Below, in pieces: positions 44,251 through 54,988 of a DNA stretch of 64,000 nucleotides; position 1 is the first letter of the stretch, and every line of letters begins with the position of its first letter. A program made the position numbers and the translations under genes. Origin of the DNA: an uncultured cyanobacterium (GTDB lineage: Bacteria > Cyanobacteriota > Cyanobacteriia > Cyanobacteriales > Microcystaceae). A model generated the notes under the pieces. It was given only the letters and a program-made list of their open reading frames with translations. It made no database searches and had not been told where the DNA came from. The stretch lies in the NCBI GenBank assembly GCA_963807635.1, contig CAWEDJ010000022.1, forward strand, positions 1 to 64,000, given 5' to 3'.

Positions 44251-45477
44251 ATGAAACGTTTTATTCTCCTGGGAACCAGCCTTTTAGCCGCTTCAAGCCT
44301 ACTAATCACAGCCTGTGGTCAGAATACTCCGACGGTTTCTAACAGTCCCAAAGCCACCACTCAGCCGACCGAAACAAGCAGTAAGGAAATTCCCATTGGA
44401 ATCGCCCTTGCCCAGACCAGTAACGTTGCCCTCTTAGGTCAGGAAGGGGTTGCAGGGAGCAAAATTGCCGAAAAATACTTTAATGACAAGGGTGGCATCA
44501 ATGGAACCCCCATTAAATTAGTTGTACAAGATACAGGAGGAGATGAAGCAGGAGCAATCAACGCTTTTCAAACCCTGATCACCCAAAATAAAGTCGCTGG
44601 TATTGTCGGGCCAACCCTTTCCCAGCAAGCGTTTAGTGCCGATCCCGTTGCGGAACGTGCCAAAGTTCCCGTGATCGCCGCGTCTAATACGGCCAAAGGG
44701 ATTCCCGAAATCGGAGACTATATTGCCCGTGTGTCTTCTCCTGTGACGGTGGTTGCGCCCAATTCGGTCAAAGCGGCTTTGAAAATCAATCCTAATATTA
44801 AAAGAGTGGCGGTTTTCTTTGCTCAAAATGATGCCTTTAATAAATCGGAAACCGAAGTTTTTCAAAAAACGGTTAAAGATCAGGGTCTAGAGCTGGTTAC
44901 CGTGCAGAAATTTCAAACTACCGATACGGATTTTCAAACCCAGGCGACTAGTGCTTTGAATCTTAAACCCGATTTAATTATTATTTCTGGATTAGCCTCT
45001 GATGGCGGAAATTTAGTCCGACAACTGCGAGAATTAGGTTACAAGGGTTTAATTATTGGCGGGAATGGTTTAAATAGTTCTAATATTTTTGCGGTCTGTA
45101 AAACTCAATGTAATGGGGTGTTAGTGGCCCAAGCCTATAGTCCTGCTCACAAAAATGCGGTGAATGAGGCTTTTCGTGAAACTTATTTGAATCAATATAA
45201 AAAACAGCCTCCCCAATTTAGCGCACAAGCTTTCGCCGCCGTACAGGTTTATGTGGAAGCTCTGCAAGCTCTGGATAAAAAGACTCCTATTAAAGATCTT
45301 TCCTTGGAGCAATTACGCACTGATTTAAATAAACAATTACTCACAGGAACCTACGATACGCCTATTGGATTGATTTCTTTTTCTCCGACGGGGGAAGTTA
45401 ATCAAAAAGATTTTTATGTTGCGGAAATGAAGGTAGATAAGGATGGTAATAATGGACAATTTGTTTACTTAAAATAG
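44251..45477 (+). CDS. Branched-chain/neutral amino acid ABC substrate-binding lipoprotein
   Basis: ITAC lipobox, GGING.PI.LV..D and GP..S; LivK/NatB-like. Confidence 0.88.
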   Translation: MKRFILLGTSLLAASSLLITACGQNTPTVSNSPKATTQPTETSSKEIPIGIALAQTSNVALLGQEGVAGSKIAEKYFNDKGGINGTPIKLVVQDTGGDEAGAINAFQTLITQNKVAGIVGPTLSQQAFSADPVAERAKVPVIAASNTAKGIPEIGDYIARVSSPVTVVAPNSVKAALKINPNIKRVAVFFAQNDAFNKSETEVFQKTVKDQGLELVTVQKFQTTDTDFQTQATSALNLKPDLIIISGLASDGGNLVRQLRELGYKGLIIGGNGLNSSNIFAVCKTQCNGVLVAQAYSPAHKNAVNEAFRETYLNQYKKQPPQFSAQAFAAVQVYVEALQALDKKTPIKDLSLEQLRTDLNKQLLTGTYDTPIGLISFSPTGEVNQKDFYVAEMKVDKDGNNGQFVYLK

Positions 45478-45480
45478 GCT

Positions 45481-45577
45481 CTATGGCGGTATGCAATGGA
45501 ATGAGGTAGGGAAAAGGTTTTTAAACGACTTGTTTATGAATATTGAGAATACTTTACTCATGTGAATACCGCTATAG
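45481..45577. repeat. MITE-like element, copy 1
   Basis: CTATGGCGGTATGCA ... TGAATACCGCTATAG terminal inverted repeats (13/15). Confidence 0.7.
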
Positions 45578-45625
45578 TAGAGATGTTTGTGAAAAAATAG
45601 TAATTAGAGTTAGTAAGGTATAAAA

Positions 45626-47493
45626 ATGACTGATCATTTTCAATTAGCAGAAGAGTTTTTTAAGCAAGGGGAATTTGAGAAGGCTTGCGAAGAATATGAA
45701 CAAGCTATCCTCCTTCAATCGGATCATGTGGAAGCTTACATCAGCTGGGGAGATGCGTTATTTAATCTCAAGAACTATGAAGAAGCAATCACTAAATATA
45801 AAGAGGTAATAAAACTTAATCTCGATTATGTTGCTGAAGCTTACAACAGACTGGGGAGATGCGTTATTTAATCTCAAGAACTATGAAGAAGCAATTACTA
45901 AATATCAAGAGGTAATAAAACTTAATCTCGATTATGTTGCTGAAGCTTACAACAGACTGGGGAGATGCGTTATTTAATCTCAATGAATATGAAGAGGCAA
46001 TTAAAAAATATAATCAAGCTCTAGACAAGAATTCTGATCACTTTCTTTCTTCTTATAATATTGCTCTTGTTTATTGGAGGCAAGGTGCTTATAAAGATGC
46101 ACGAAAAAGGTGGAATTCTGCGGCTGAAATTTATGAGGGTTTACAATCCAAAGCAGAACAGGATAAAAATGCCGATCATTTCTTTATTTATGGCAGTATA
46201 CTTGAAGATTTAAACGAATTGGATCGAGCCGAAAATATATATAAAAAAGGACTAGAAATTGATCCCAATAATATAGATATTTTGACAAGGTTAGTCGATT
46301 TTTATCTTGATAAAAAAGAGCAAGAAGTGGATGATTCTTCTCCGTCCTGTTTGGTTAAAGCTAGACAATATTATCTTAAAGCTCGTAATTGTTTGAAAGA
46401 TGAACTTAATAAATTAGAAGATACAACGACTCTACTCACACTAGCTAAACTTCACCTTAGTATGGATGAGTATCAAGAAGCTGAAAGTTACCTTTTAAAA
46501 GCCCTTGAAAAAGAGAGTGATGTTGCAGATATTTATACCAGTTTAGGAACCCTATCTATTAGGAAAGAAAGCTTTAGAGACGCGACTGATTATTTTAAAA
46601 AAGCTCTTAAAATCGCGCCATACGATCTCGATATTTGGAGTAAACTTGCTGAAGCTTATCTAAAACTCAAACAACTTTCACAGGCAGAAAGTGAGTATCG
46701 TAAAATCTTAGGTATTGCTCCCTGTCACGTCGAATCTCACATCGGACTAGGGGAAGTTTATGTTGAAATGGGAGATGAAGGAGAATCAGATCTTTATAGT
46801 CAAGCCATTAAGCATTTTGATAAAGCAATTAAAATTAGTAATCAACGAGAAGGATCTAAGATTCTTAATAAGAAAGAATTATCTGGAATTTACTATTTAA
46901 GAGGTTACGCAAGAGTGAAAATTTATGAAAATTCTGTAGGAATAAAAGATAGCTATTTATTATTAGAAGCACAGGGAGATTTTGCAAAATGTATTGATAA
47001 AGATCCTGAAAATAATAAAGGAATCACAGCACATAAAAAAGTTGAAAAACAGATGGAAATTCAAACAATCCAAAGCTTTACCACTATTTTCGGTTCAGGA
47101 ATTATATGGTTTTCATCAATCCTTATTTTAGGGATAACTAATCTAGTCTTTTGGCAACCTTTTTTAAGCAATAATCAGAATAATAAAGTATCAGTTTCTC
47201 AACCATCACCACAAGCAATACAAACACCAAAACCAAACGCATCTCCCAACTCGAAAAACTCTACGCAATCTCAAACAAAGATCGGTGTAAATAAAACATC
47301 AGAACCCAATAGAATTAATACAACAGAATATTTTCTATTAACTTTCGGTTCATTAACCTTTAGTCTGATCAGCTTATATCTGCCTCAACTTTTGAAACTT
47401 AAAATTGGAGGCACAGGTATAGAAATTGAAAAAAGTTCTATTGATCAAATCAAAACATCCCAAATTCCAACCTCTTTGGGAATTAAAAAATAA
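45626..47493 (+). CDS. TPR-repeat protein with two C-terminal TM helices; two frameshifts inside a tandem duplication
   Basis: Multiple TPR motifs in ORFs 45626..45871 and 45934..47493; low GC; C-terminal hydrophobic helices and LKIGG..IE motif. Confidence 0.75.
45745..45982 (+). repeat. Near-identical 106-bp tandem duplication of one TPR unit
   Basis: CTGGGGAGATGCGTTATTTAATCTCAA recurs at 45745, 45851 and 45957. Confidence 0.9.
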
Positions 47494-47504
47494 TTCAATC
47501 TCTG

Positions 47505-47583
47505 ATAGCGGTATGCAATTGAATGAGAGACAAGGAATTTAATATAAAAACTGGAAATACTTTACTAATGTGAATATCGCTAT
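47505..47583. repeat. MITE-like element, copy 2
   Basis: ATAGCGGTATGCAATTGAATGAG ... AATACTTTACTAATGTGAATATCGCTAT; same ends and orientation as copy 1. Confidence 0.7.
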
Positions 47584-47597
47584 ATCTCTGAGAGATA

Positions 47598-48896
47598 TTA
47601 AGCAACCCATAAATGTTGGGCAAAACGAACCGACATTAAAACTAATAATAATCCAAAAAATCCCATTACATTAAAACCCCAACGAGGATGACGAGATAGG
47701 AGAAACCCAAAGGCAATACTGGCTGAAATAATGCCATAAACGTAGCGATTCAAAGAAGAAGTTCCTCCAGAAGCAATCAACATTCCTAATCCACAAAATC
47801 CGTAATTCACAACCACTAGGCTCAAGTCTTTTCTCAATTTCCAGAGTAAATAAATTGAGCCTAAAACCGATACCGTATTAAGGAGGGGATCGCCCACCAG
47901 TATCCACAAAACCATAAACAGAAAAAAGTAGCCGTAATCCACAAATTTAGAGCCAATCTTTTCTTTAAATCTCCATAACAACCATCCCAATAAACAAATT
48001 ATCCCAAAGATTAAGGGATGAGTAATATCCTTTAATCCACCAGCATTCCAATTGCTTCCCCCTGCCAAAATTTCTACAATCATCCGTGACCATTCTGCCC
48101 CATCCAAACCCCGACTCCGATCCCATTGACTGTATTGAACCGTAATAAAAGCGAGGGGATCGCCAAAGGTGAACCAACAATAAATGCCATAAACCATTAC
48201 TCCCGTTGCCGTACTAAGGCTGGCAAGATAGGCAGATAAGGGGTATTTTCGGAAAAAAGCGGTTAATAACAAGGCAGGAATAATAGCTAATCCTGTCACT
48301 CGCGACGCGGTTGCCAAACTTCCCCACAAAGCCGATCGCCAAAAGGATTGACGGTCAAAATCTCTGAGGGCGGCAGTACTAAACAACAGAAATAACCCTT
48401 CGCTATAGACCACACTGCAAAAAAGAGAAAGGGGACACCAGGCCAAAACCGCCGTACTCCACCGTGCCGCCTGGATTCCGTTGGAAGATTTCACCCAATC
48501 ATAGACCAACACCAGGGTTCCTAAAAAAGCCAGATGATTGAGAAGGGTTCCTGCGATCGCGGTAGAAATGCCGAGCTTGCTTAATAAATAAATGGCGACG
48601 GGAAATAGGGGAAAAAAAGCAACATTCGCGCCAGGTTGCTGGTTTTCTAGGATCTCGTAGCCAGAATTAGCAATTTTTTCGTAAAACGTACTATCCCATG
48701 CAGAAAAAACCTCCCAACCAAAATGGGCTTGAATGCCTCCTTCTGGGGCGGGGAGGAGCGGCGCAATCAACAACATTGCCACTAAAATTACCATGCGACT
48801 GAGTAGCCACATATACACAGGAAACGCCAGACTGTCTTTATTGATTAGACCCAGTTTAGCGGGAAATTTTAGCTCTGATGTTGCCGATTTAGACAT
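47598..48896 (-). CDS. Membrane mannosyltransferase (PIG-V-like, GT-C)
   Basis: WDS.FY..IA..GY, AFFPLFP, YSE.LF and LA...R..G motifs. Confidence 0.85.
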   Translation of the reverse strand: MSKSATSELKFPAKLGLINKDSLAFPVYMWLLSRMVILVAMLLIAPLLPAPEGGIQAHFGWEVFSAWDSTFYEKIANSGYEILENQQPGANVAFFPLFPVAIYLLSKLGISTAIAGTLLNHLAFLGTLVLVYDWVKSSNGIQAARWSTAVLAWCPLSLFCSVVYSEGLFLLFSTAALRDFDRQSFWRSALWGSLATASRVTGLAIIPALLLTAFFRKYPLSAYLASLSTATGVMVYGIYCWFTFGDPLAFITVQYSQWDRSRGLDGAEWSRMIVEILAGGSNWNAGGLKDITHPLIFGIICLLGWLLWRFKEKIGSKFVDYGYFFLFMVLWILVGDPLLNTVSVLGSIYLLWKLRKDLSLVVVNYGFCGLGMLIASGGTSSLNRYVYGIISASIAFGFLLSRHPRWGFNVMGFFGLLLVLMSVRFAQHLWVA

Positions 48897-49050
48897 GAGT
48901 TAATCTCAGAAAGAAAAAGTAAATAATTGAGATCTTGTTGAGATCCCATATTAAGATTAAAGCGGCGTAAATAATCTATCAAATTGCCCATAATTCTTGA
49001 CAATATTGTAAAATAATTAATTCTAATCTCCCTTGATCCGACAAAATACG

Positions 49051-50000
49051 ATGGATATATCCCTACTTCTCCAAAATTTCTTGAATGGTTTATCGATTGG
49101 TAGCATTTATGCAATTTTTGCCCTGGGTTATACCCTGATATTTTCCATTTTAGGGATTATTAATTTTGCTCATGGTGCATTATTTACCCTGGGAGCCTAT
49201 TTTACCTATGCTTTAATGGGGGAAGCGTTTGGTTTTAATGGCTTACTTGCGAATTTACAATTACCCATAAAACTACCTTTTTTTCTCGCTTTATTGATCG
49301 GTAGTACGCTTGCAGGTTTCGTCGGGGTAGCAATTGAATATATTGCCTTTCGTCCCCTCAGAAAACGAAAAGCTGATTCCCTATTAACGGTGGTATCCAG
49401 CTTAGGAGTTGCTTTAATTATTGTCAATTTAATTCAATATTTAGTCGGGGCTGAAAGTTATACGTTTCCGAGTAATACCTATGGGAGTTTACCTGCCGCG
49501 ATTAACTTTGGGTCAGTCGATAAGCCGATCCCGATTCGGACTGTACAAATTGTGATTTTTGTGGTGTGTGGGAGCATTTTAAGTCTGCTCACCTATGCCA
49601 TTAATTTCAGTCGATTTGGGAAAGCGATGCGGGCTGTTGCCGAGGATCAAGTAACGGCTAGTTTACTCGGTATTAATACCAATTTATTTATTGTCTCAAC
49701 TTTTTTTATTAGTAGTTTTTTGGCGGGATTAGCAGGAACCTTAGTGGGATCTAGTGTGAGTATTTCTGCCCCTATTTGGGAATTACTTTTGGATTAAAAG
49801 GGTTAGCTGTCATTGTGTTAGGGGGGTTAGGTAGTATTCCAGGGGCGGTTTTAGGGGGATTGCTCATTGGGATCACCGAAGCCTTTGTTCCTGCTGATTA
49901 TTCTGCCTATAAAGATGCTGTTGCTTTTAGTATTTTATTAATCATGTTATTAATTAAACCAGAGGGATTATTAGGTCGTCGCTTTATTCAAAAAGTTTAA
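49051..50000 (+). CDS. livH: Branched-chain amino acid ABC permease; frameshift near 49768
   Basis: GSIYA..ALGYTL...INFAHG, GKAMRA and VLGGLGS..GA..GG. Confidence 0.85.
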
Positions 50001-50033
50001 ATTTTTTAAATTATTGTTGAATTGTCAAAGTCT

Positions 50034-50990
50034 ATGGTTAATTTACTCAACGATTATGCTCCTTTAATCATTTCGATGATACTAGGAGCTTTGTTAGGAA
50101 TTTCTTTATATTTACCTCTCATGACGGGACAATTATCCCTAGCCAGTCCAGGTTTTTATGCGGTTGGGGGTTATGTTGCGGCAATTTTTTCCACCAAAAT
50201 TTTTCCCACATCGGGATTATATCCCTGGTATTTATTATTATTAGAAATGGTTGTTGCCGCTTTAATCAGTACCTTGCTCGGCTTAGTGGTAGGAATTCCT
50301 GTTTTACGGCTAAGGGGAATTTATTTGGCGATCGCGACTATTGCCTTTGTGGAAGTGTTGCGAATTTTTTCCTTGAATTTAGAGATTACAGGGGGAGCGG
50401 TGGGTCTTTTTGGGATTCCCCAGCCGTTTAATAATACGTTGGAATATCTTTGGGTTGTGTTACCCCTATTAATGATGAGTGGTGTCATTCTTTATCGACT
50501 CGAAAATATCCGAGTGGGTAAGGCTTTTATTGCTATTAGGGAAGATGAATTAGCCGCCGAAGCAATGGGAATTGATCCCACCCATTATAAGGTTCTAGCT
50601 TTTACGTTAGGGGCAATTTTAGCGGGAGTTTCAGGCGTGATTGCGGCTCATTTTTTAAATACCTGGAATGCTCGTCAAGGAACTTTTGATGCTAGTATTA
50701 TTTATTTAACATCGGTTTTAATCGGGGGAACCAGAACCTTTGTTGGCCCCATTTTAGGCGGTATGATGTTCACGGCTTTACCTGAAATTCTGCGATCGCT
50801 GGCGAATATTCCTAATTTACCCCTTTGGTTAGTCGGCTTTTTTAAAGATGGCCGTCTGATTATTTTTGGGGTTTTGATTGTGATAGGAACGCTCTTTTTT
50901 CCCCAGGGATTAGTGACTCCTGATTTATTCAATAATTTTTCCAAACTAATGCGTACTGGGTTGAATAAAGTGAGATTAAAGAAAATATGA
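50034..50990 (+). CDS. livM: Branched-chain amino acid ABC permease
   Basis: GQLSL, LRLRG.YLAIAT.AF and AIREDE.AA.AMG. Confidence 0.85.
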   Translation: MVNLLNDYAPLIISMILGALLGISLYLPLMTGQLSLASPGFYAVGGYVAAIFSTKIFPTSGLYPWYLLLLEMVVAALISTLLGLVVGIPVLRLRGIYLAIATIAFVEVLRIFSLNLEITGGAVGLFGIPQPFNNTLEYLWVVLPLLMMSGVILYRLENIRVGKAFIAIREDELAAEAMGIDPTHYKVLAFTLGAILAGVSGVIAAHFLNTWNARQGTFDASIIYLTSVLIGGTRTFVGPILGGMMFTALPEILRSLANIPNLPLWLVGFFKDGRLIIFGVLIVIGTLFFPQGLVTPDLFNNFSKLMRTGLNKVRLKKI

Positions 50991-51781
50991 TGAATTCAGT
51001 CATTAAAGAAACCGATAATCAGCCGATGTTAGCCGTTAACCAAATCACCCGACGCTTTGGGGGATTAGTGGCAGTGAATGAAGTGAGTTTTGATGTGCAT
51101 AATCAGGAAATTTTTGGTTTAATCGGCCCCAATGGGGCGGGAAAAACCACTTTATTTAATTTAATTACAGGATTAATTGAACCCTCTAGTGGGCAAATTT
51201 TTTCCCAAGATCAATTAATTTCTAATCTTAAACCCCATCAAATCGCGGCGAAAGGGATTGCCAGAACTTTCCAAAATATTCGACTTTTTGGAGAATTATC
51301 TGCCCTAGAAAATGTGATTGTAGGACGACATTTACATACTAAAAGTAATTTTGTTACAGGAATCTTAGGATTACCCCAAGCATCCCACGCAGAAAAACAA
51401 GCTAAACAAAAAGCACAAGAATTAATTGAATTAGTCGGGTTAGGCGATCGCCTTTTAGAAAAAGCTAAAAATTTATCCTACGGCGATCAAAGACGGTTAG
51501 AAATTGCTAGAGCTTTGTGCCCAGAGCCTTCCATTTTATTACTAGATGAACCTGCGGCGGGTATGAATCCCAATGAGAAACAAGTTTTAAGTACCTTTAT
51601 TCGGGATTTACGAACCCAATTTAACCTGACGATTATTTTAATTGAACATCATGTTCCCCTCGTCATGGGATTATGCGATCGCATTGCGGTTTTAAATTTT
51701 GGTAAATTAATTGCCCTAGGTCAACCTGAAATTGTTAGGAATGATCCTGCCGTTATTGAAGCTTATTTAGGAGTTGATTAA
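50987..51781 (+). CDS. livG: Branched-chain amino acid ABC ATPase
   Basis: GPNGAGKT, RTFQN, LSYG.QRRLEIARA and LDEPAAG. Confidence 0.9.
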   Translation: MMNSVIKETDNQPMLAVNQITRRFGGLVAVNEVSFDVHNQEIFGLIGPNGAGKTTLFNLITGLIEPSSGQIFSQDQLISNLKPHQIAAKGIARTFQNIRLFGELSALENVIVGRHLHTKSNFVTGILGLPQASHAEKQAKQKAQELIELVGLGDRLLEKAKNLSYGDQRRLEIARALCPEPSILLLDEPAAGMNPNEKQVLSTFIRDLRTQFNLTIILIEHHVPLVMGLCDRIAVLNFGKLIALGQPEIVRNDPAVIEAYLGVD

Positions 51782-52507
51782 TGTTAGTTTCTCCCTCCCA
51801 TCGTTTGTTAGAAATTACTGATTTATGTGTGAATTATGATGGTATTAAAGGCCTTAGAAAATATTAATTTATACATCGAGCAAGGGGAAGTTGTCACCCT
51901 CATCGGAGCCAATGGAGCGGGCAAAACCACTACTCTACGGGCCATTTCTCGTCTAATTAATCCCCGTAACGGGCAAATTTCCTACAATGGTCGTTTAATT
52001 ACCTCTCTTTCTGCCTATAAAGTTGTTAAACTGGGTCTAGCCCATTGTCCTGAAGGTCGGCGGATTTTAACCAAACAAACGGTTCTCGACAATTTGGAAT
52101 TAGGAGCCTATGTGCGCTCAGATTTTGCGGGAATTCGCCGAGATATGGATGATCAGTTACAATTATTTCCCCGTTTGGCCGAACGTCGTCATCAGTTGGC
52201 AGGAACCCTGAGCGGCGGAGAACAGCAAATGCTCGCGATCGCCCGTGCTTTGATGAGTCGTCCCCAATTATTGCTTTTAGATGAACCGAGTTTAGGGCTG
52301 GCTCCTGCGATCGTGCGCGAAATTTTTACCATTATCCGTAATTTCCGCGAAACGGGGGTCACGATTTTATTAGTGGAACAAAATGCTAATCTGGCTCTCG
52401 AAATCAGCGATCGCGGTTATGTTTTGGAAGGGGGACGAATCACGCTTAATGGTATTGCGTCAGAATTGTTGCATGATGAGGCGGTAAAAAAAGCTTACTT
52501 GGGTTAG
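51781..52507 (+). CDS. livF: Branched-chain amino acid ABC ATPase; frameshift near 51849
   Basis: ATG overlaps the livG stop; GANGAGKT, PEGR, LSGGEQQM, DEPSLGLAP and VEQN. Confidence 0.9.
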
Positions 52508-52604
52508 ACAAATTATGCTAATCATTGCCAATATTTTTCTTCTATCAAAATATTAATTCTGCTATACTTTAGCAATCATTCTTTTAGTATAAATTTCAAT
52601 TATT

Positions 52605-53270
52605 ATGTCGCCTTCTACTCCCTATCAACCCATTTTATTAAGAATATTACATAGCGTAAACGCCATACTCGTTTTTTCGGCTCTTATTACGGGTTTTTTG
52701 GTTTATAATACCTACGATAAACGCTGGGGAAGCCTGACTTTACCAAAATTAGAGGCTATTCAAGGTATTCATGGAACGATTGCCCTAACATTTTTATTAA
52801 CACTTCCAGTCTTTGTTTTATACAGTTTTCGTATTGGTTATCGTCGTTTAGTACAAGATCAATCTTTTAGTCATTTAACGGAAGTTGGTAAGCCAATTTG
52901 GTGGGTATCAATCCATCGTATTGCTAATACATTAACTTTGTTGTCTGCAACTTTTGCTGTGATAACGGGGCGTATGATGAAAGAAGAATGGCTTCCTGCG
53001 GGAGAAATTTCTCACTCATGGTATATTGCCCATTTAGTTGCTTGGCTTTGTGTATTTTTCAGTGTGGCGTTCCATTTATTATTAGGAATAAAAGTGGGAG
53101 GTGTTCCCCTATTAATGTCGATGTTTAATAGGACAAGACGGAGTGAAGATAAGCTATCGAATTGGTTGCAAGATCTCCGACTTGAGCGGGCTAGTAAATT
53201 TCTAAAAATGCTAGAAATTGTTATCATTGGCGGAATTATTTTGGCATTTATTTTGCCAGTTTTTAATTAG
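52605..53270 (+). CDS. Cytochrome b/b6-domain (di-heme) membrane protein
   Basis: TM helices carrying His ligands (RILH, GIH, AH...FH). Confidence 0.75.
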   Translation: MSPSTPYQPILLRILHSVNAILVFSALITGFLVYNTYDKRWGSLTLPKLEAIQGIHGTIALTFLLTLPVFVLYSFRIGYRRLVQDQSFSHLTEVGKPIWWVSIHRIANTLTLLSATFAVITGRMMKEEWLPAGEISHSWYIAHLVAWLCVFFSVAFHLLLGIKVGGVPLLMSMFNRTRRSEDKLSNWLQDLRLERASKFLKMLEIVIIGGIILAFILPVFN

Positions 53271-53472
53271 TTAAAATCAAATTTTAGTACCCCCTAAAAA
53301 AATTGATAGTTTAAGAAAAGATTTCTGTCAAAGCGAGACAATGATGCTGATTCGTTGACTACACAGTGTAAATAGTTGACAATTTAGGCGATCGCAACTT
53401 TCCCTATTTCTGTCGCGATCGCGCTAATCAACTTTTTCCACAGAAAAGTGATCGCATCTTAAATCATTTAAG

Positions 53473-54057
53473 TTAGTTCGTTTTAAACTCAATGTCATCA
53501 TAGACTTCTAACAAGGAAATTTTACAACTAATTGATGTCAGATTTATATAATCTTCTGAGTTATTATATTCGCTAAAAATCCATTGATTAAAGCCAGATT
53601 TTGAGTAGTGTTCAATATGTTGACTATATTGATCAATTAATAAATATTCTTGAAAGCTGGGAATAGTGCGGTAGGCTGAAAATTTTTCATCTTTATCATA
53701 ATTCTTGGTAGATTGAGAAAGAACTTCTGCAATAAAAATGGGATTTGTAACTGTATCTTTTCGTCCTATTTGCAATTGAATCGGACGTTGGACTATCATC
53801 ACATCAGGATAAGTATAAAGCTTTTTTTCAGGAATCCACAATCTTTGATCGGCGATAAAAATGCTATAGGGTTTTCCTTTGAGGTTAATTCTTAGTATGG
53901 CGTTAAGAATACTGGCAATTTCATTATGTTCAGGGGTTCCACCTGTCATTGGAATAATTTCTCCGTTAATATATTCATGTCTTGTCTCTGAGGAAATTTC
54001 GATCGCAAGATATTCTTCGGGGGTATAAGTAATTTTCGTCTGGGCTGGCATAATCAT
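53473..54057 (-). CDS. Uma2-family endonuclease
   Basis: EYINGEI..M.G...H, YPD, EVLS.ST..YD..K and EYLLIDQ. Confidence 0.92.
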   Translation of the reverse strand: MIMPAQTKITYTPEEYLAIEISSETRHEYINGEIIPMTGGTPEHNEIASILNAILRINLKGKPYSIFIADQRLWIPEKKLYTYPDVMIVQRPIQLQIGRKDTVTNPIFIAEVLSQSTKNYDKDEKFSAYRTIPSFQEYLLIDQYSQHIEHYSKSGFNQWIFSEYNNSEDYINLTSISCKISLLEVYDDIEFKTN

Positions 54058-54247
54058 CAGTTTATACCTTTTTTTTATAAGGGAAGGTTGCTTTTATTAT
54101 AGTGAAGATAAGCGCGATCGCTTTCAGGGGTAAAGTAAAGTTTAATCAATTGTTCACTTTTTAACGAGTTTGGTTAATGTATTCAGTATTTTACCTTGCA
54201 GTTCAGCATTATTACTCCCTAATTCTAGAATAGATCACGCTCAATGC

Positions 54248-54276
54248 TTGACGTATTACGCAAAACAGAATAGTCT
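54248..54276 (+). promoter_or_regulatory. Sigma70-type promoter of higB (probably leaderless transcript)
   Basis: TTGACG-17 bp-TAGTCT, ending 6 nt before ATG 54283. Confidence 0.6.
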
Positions 54277-54282
54277 TTAAAC

Positions 54283-54561
54283 ATGATTCAATCTTTCCGA
54301 TGTAAACAGACTCGTTCGTTATTTGAAGGTGGTGATCCTCTTCGATTTCGAGCTTTTAAAGAGACTGCTATTCGGAAGTTGACTCAGTTAGAGGCAGCCC
54401 AAACTTTAGAATTTCTTCGTTCTCCACCAGGCAATCAACTAGAGGGTTTGAAAGGCGATCGCAGAGGTCAATACAGTATTCGTATTAATAGTCAGTTTCG
54501 GTTATGTTTTATTTGGACGGAGAATGGCCCGACTGATGTTGAAATTATTGATTATCACTAA
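54283..54561 (+). CDS. higB: HigB-like (RelE superfamily) toxin
   Basis: MIQSF..K, PPGN.LE.LKGDR.GQYSIRIN.Q.R.CF.W and VEI.DYH. Confidence 0.92.
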   Translation: MIQSFRCKQTRSLFEGGDPLRFRAFKETAIRKLTQLEAAQTLEFLRSPPGNQLEGLKGDRRGQYSIRINSQFRLCFIWTENGPTDVEIIDYH

Positions 54562-54570
54562 TAATTTGTT

Positions 54571-54884
54571 ATGACAGAACGACCGATCAATCAAATGCGT
54601 CCCGTTCACCCAGGGAAATTCTGCGTGAGGATTTTCTTGTGCCGCTTAAGATGAGTGTTAATGCTTTAGCGTTGGCTTTAAATGTTCCTGTGAGCCGAAT
54701 TCACGAAATTGTTAAGGAACGTCGTTCAATTACAGCAGATACGGCAGAAAGATTGGCTCGCTATTTTGGTGGAGATGCGGTTTCTTGGCTTAATTTGCAA
54801 GCGATGTATGACCTAAAAACTTTATCGACTCGTGATGAGATTAATCAACGGGTTCAGCCTCGTAATACGGAGCAAGTTGCTTAA
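54571..54884 (+). CDS. higA: HigA HTH antitoxin; frameshift near 54615
   Basis: PVHPG(E)ILRE.FL.PL, LA..L.V..SRI.EI..RSITADTA.RL and WLNLQ..YDL. Confidence 0.9.
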
Positions 54885-54988
54885 GATTCAGGGGCAAAGT
54901 AAGGTTTAATCAATTGTTCATTGAGCCGCAGAAAAAAATCGAAATTTATGTTTGTCGCGATCGCATTTTTTAAATTCCGTTATCCCAA

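Larger units (their letters stand above)
54123..54920 (+). mobile_element. higBA cassette bounded by 34-bp direct repeats
   Basis: TTCAGGGG(T/C)AAAGTAA(A/G)GTTTAATCAATTGTTCA at 54123-54156 and 54887-54920. Confidence 0.7.
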
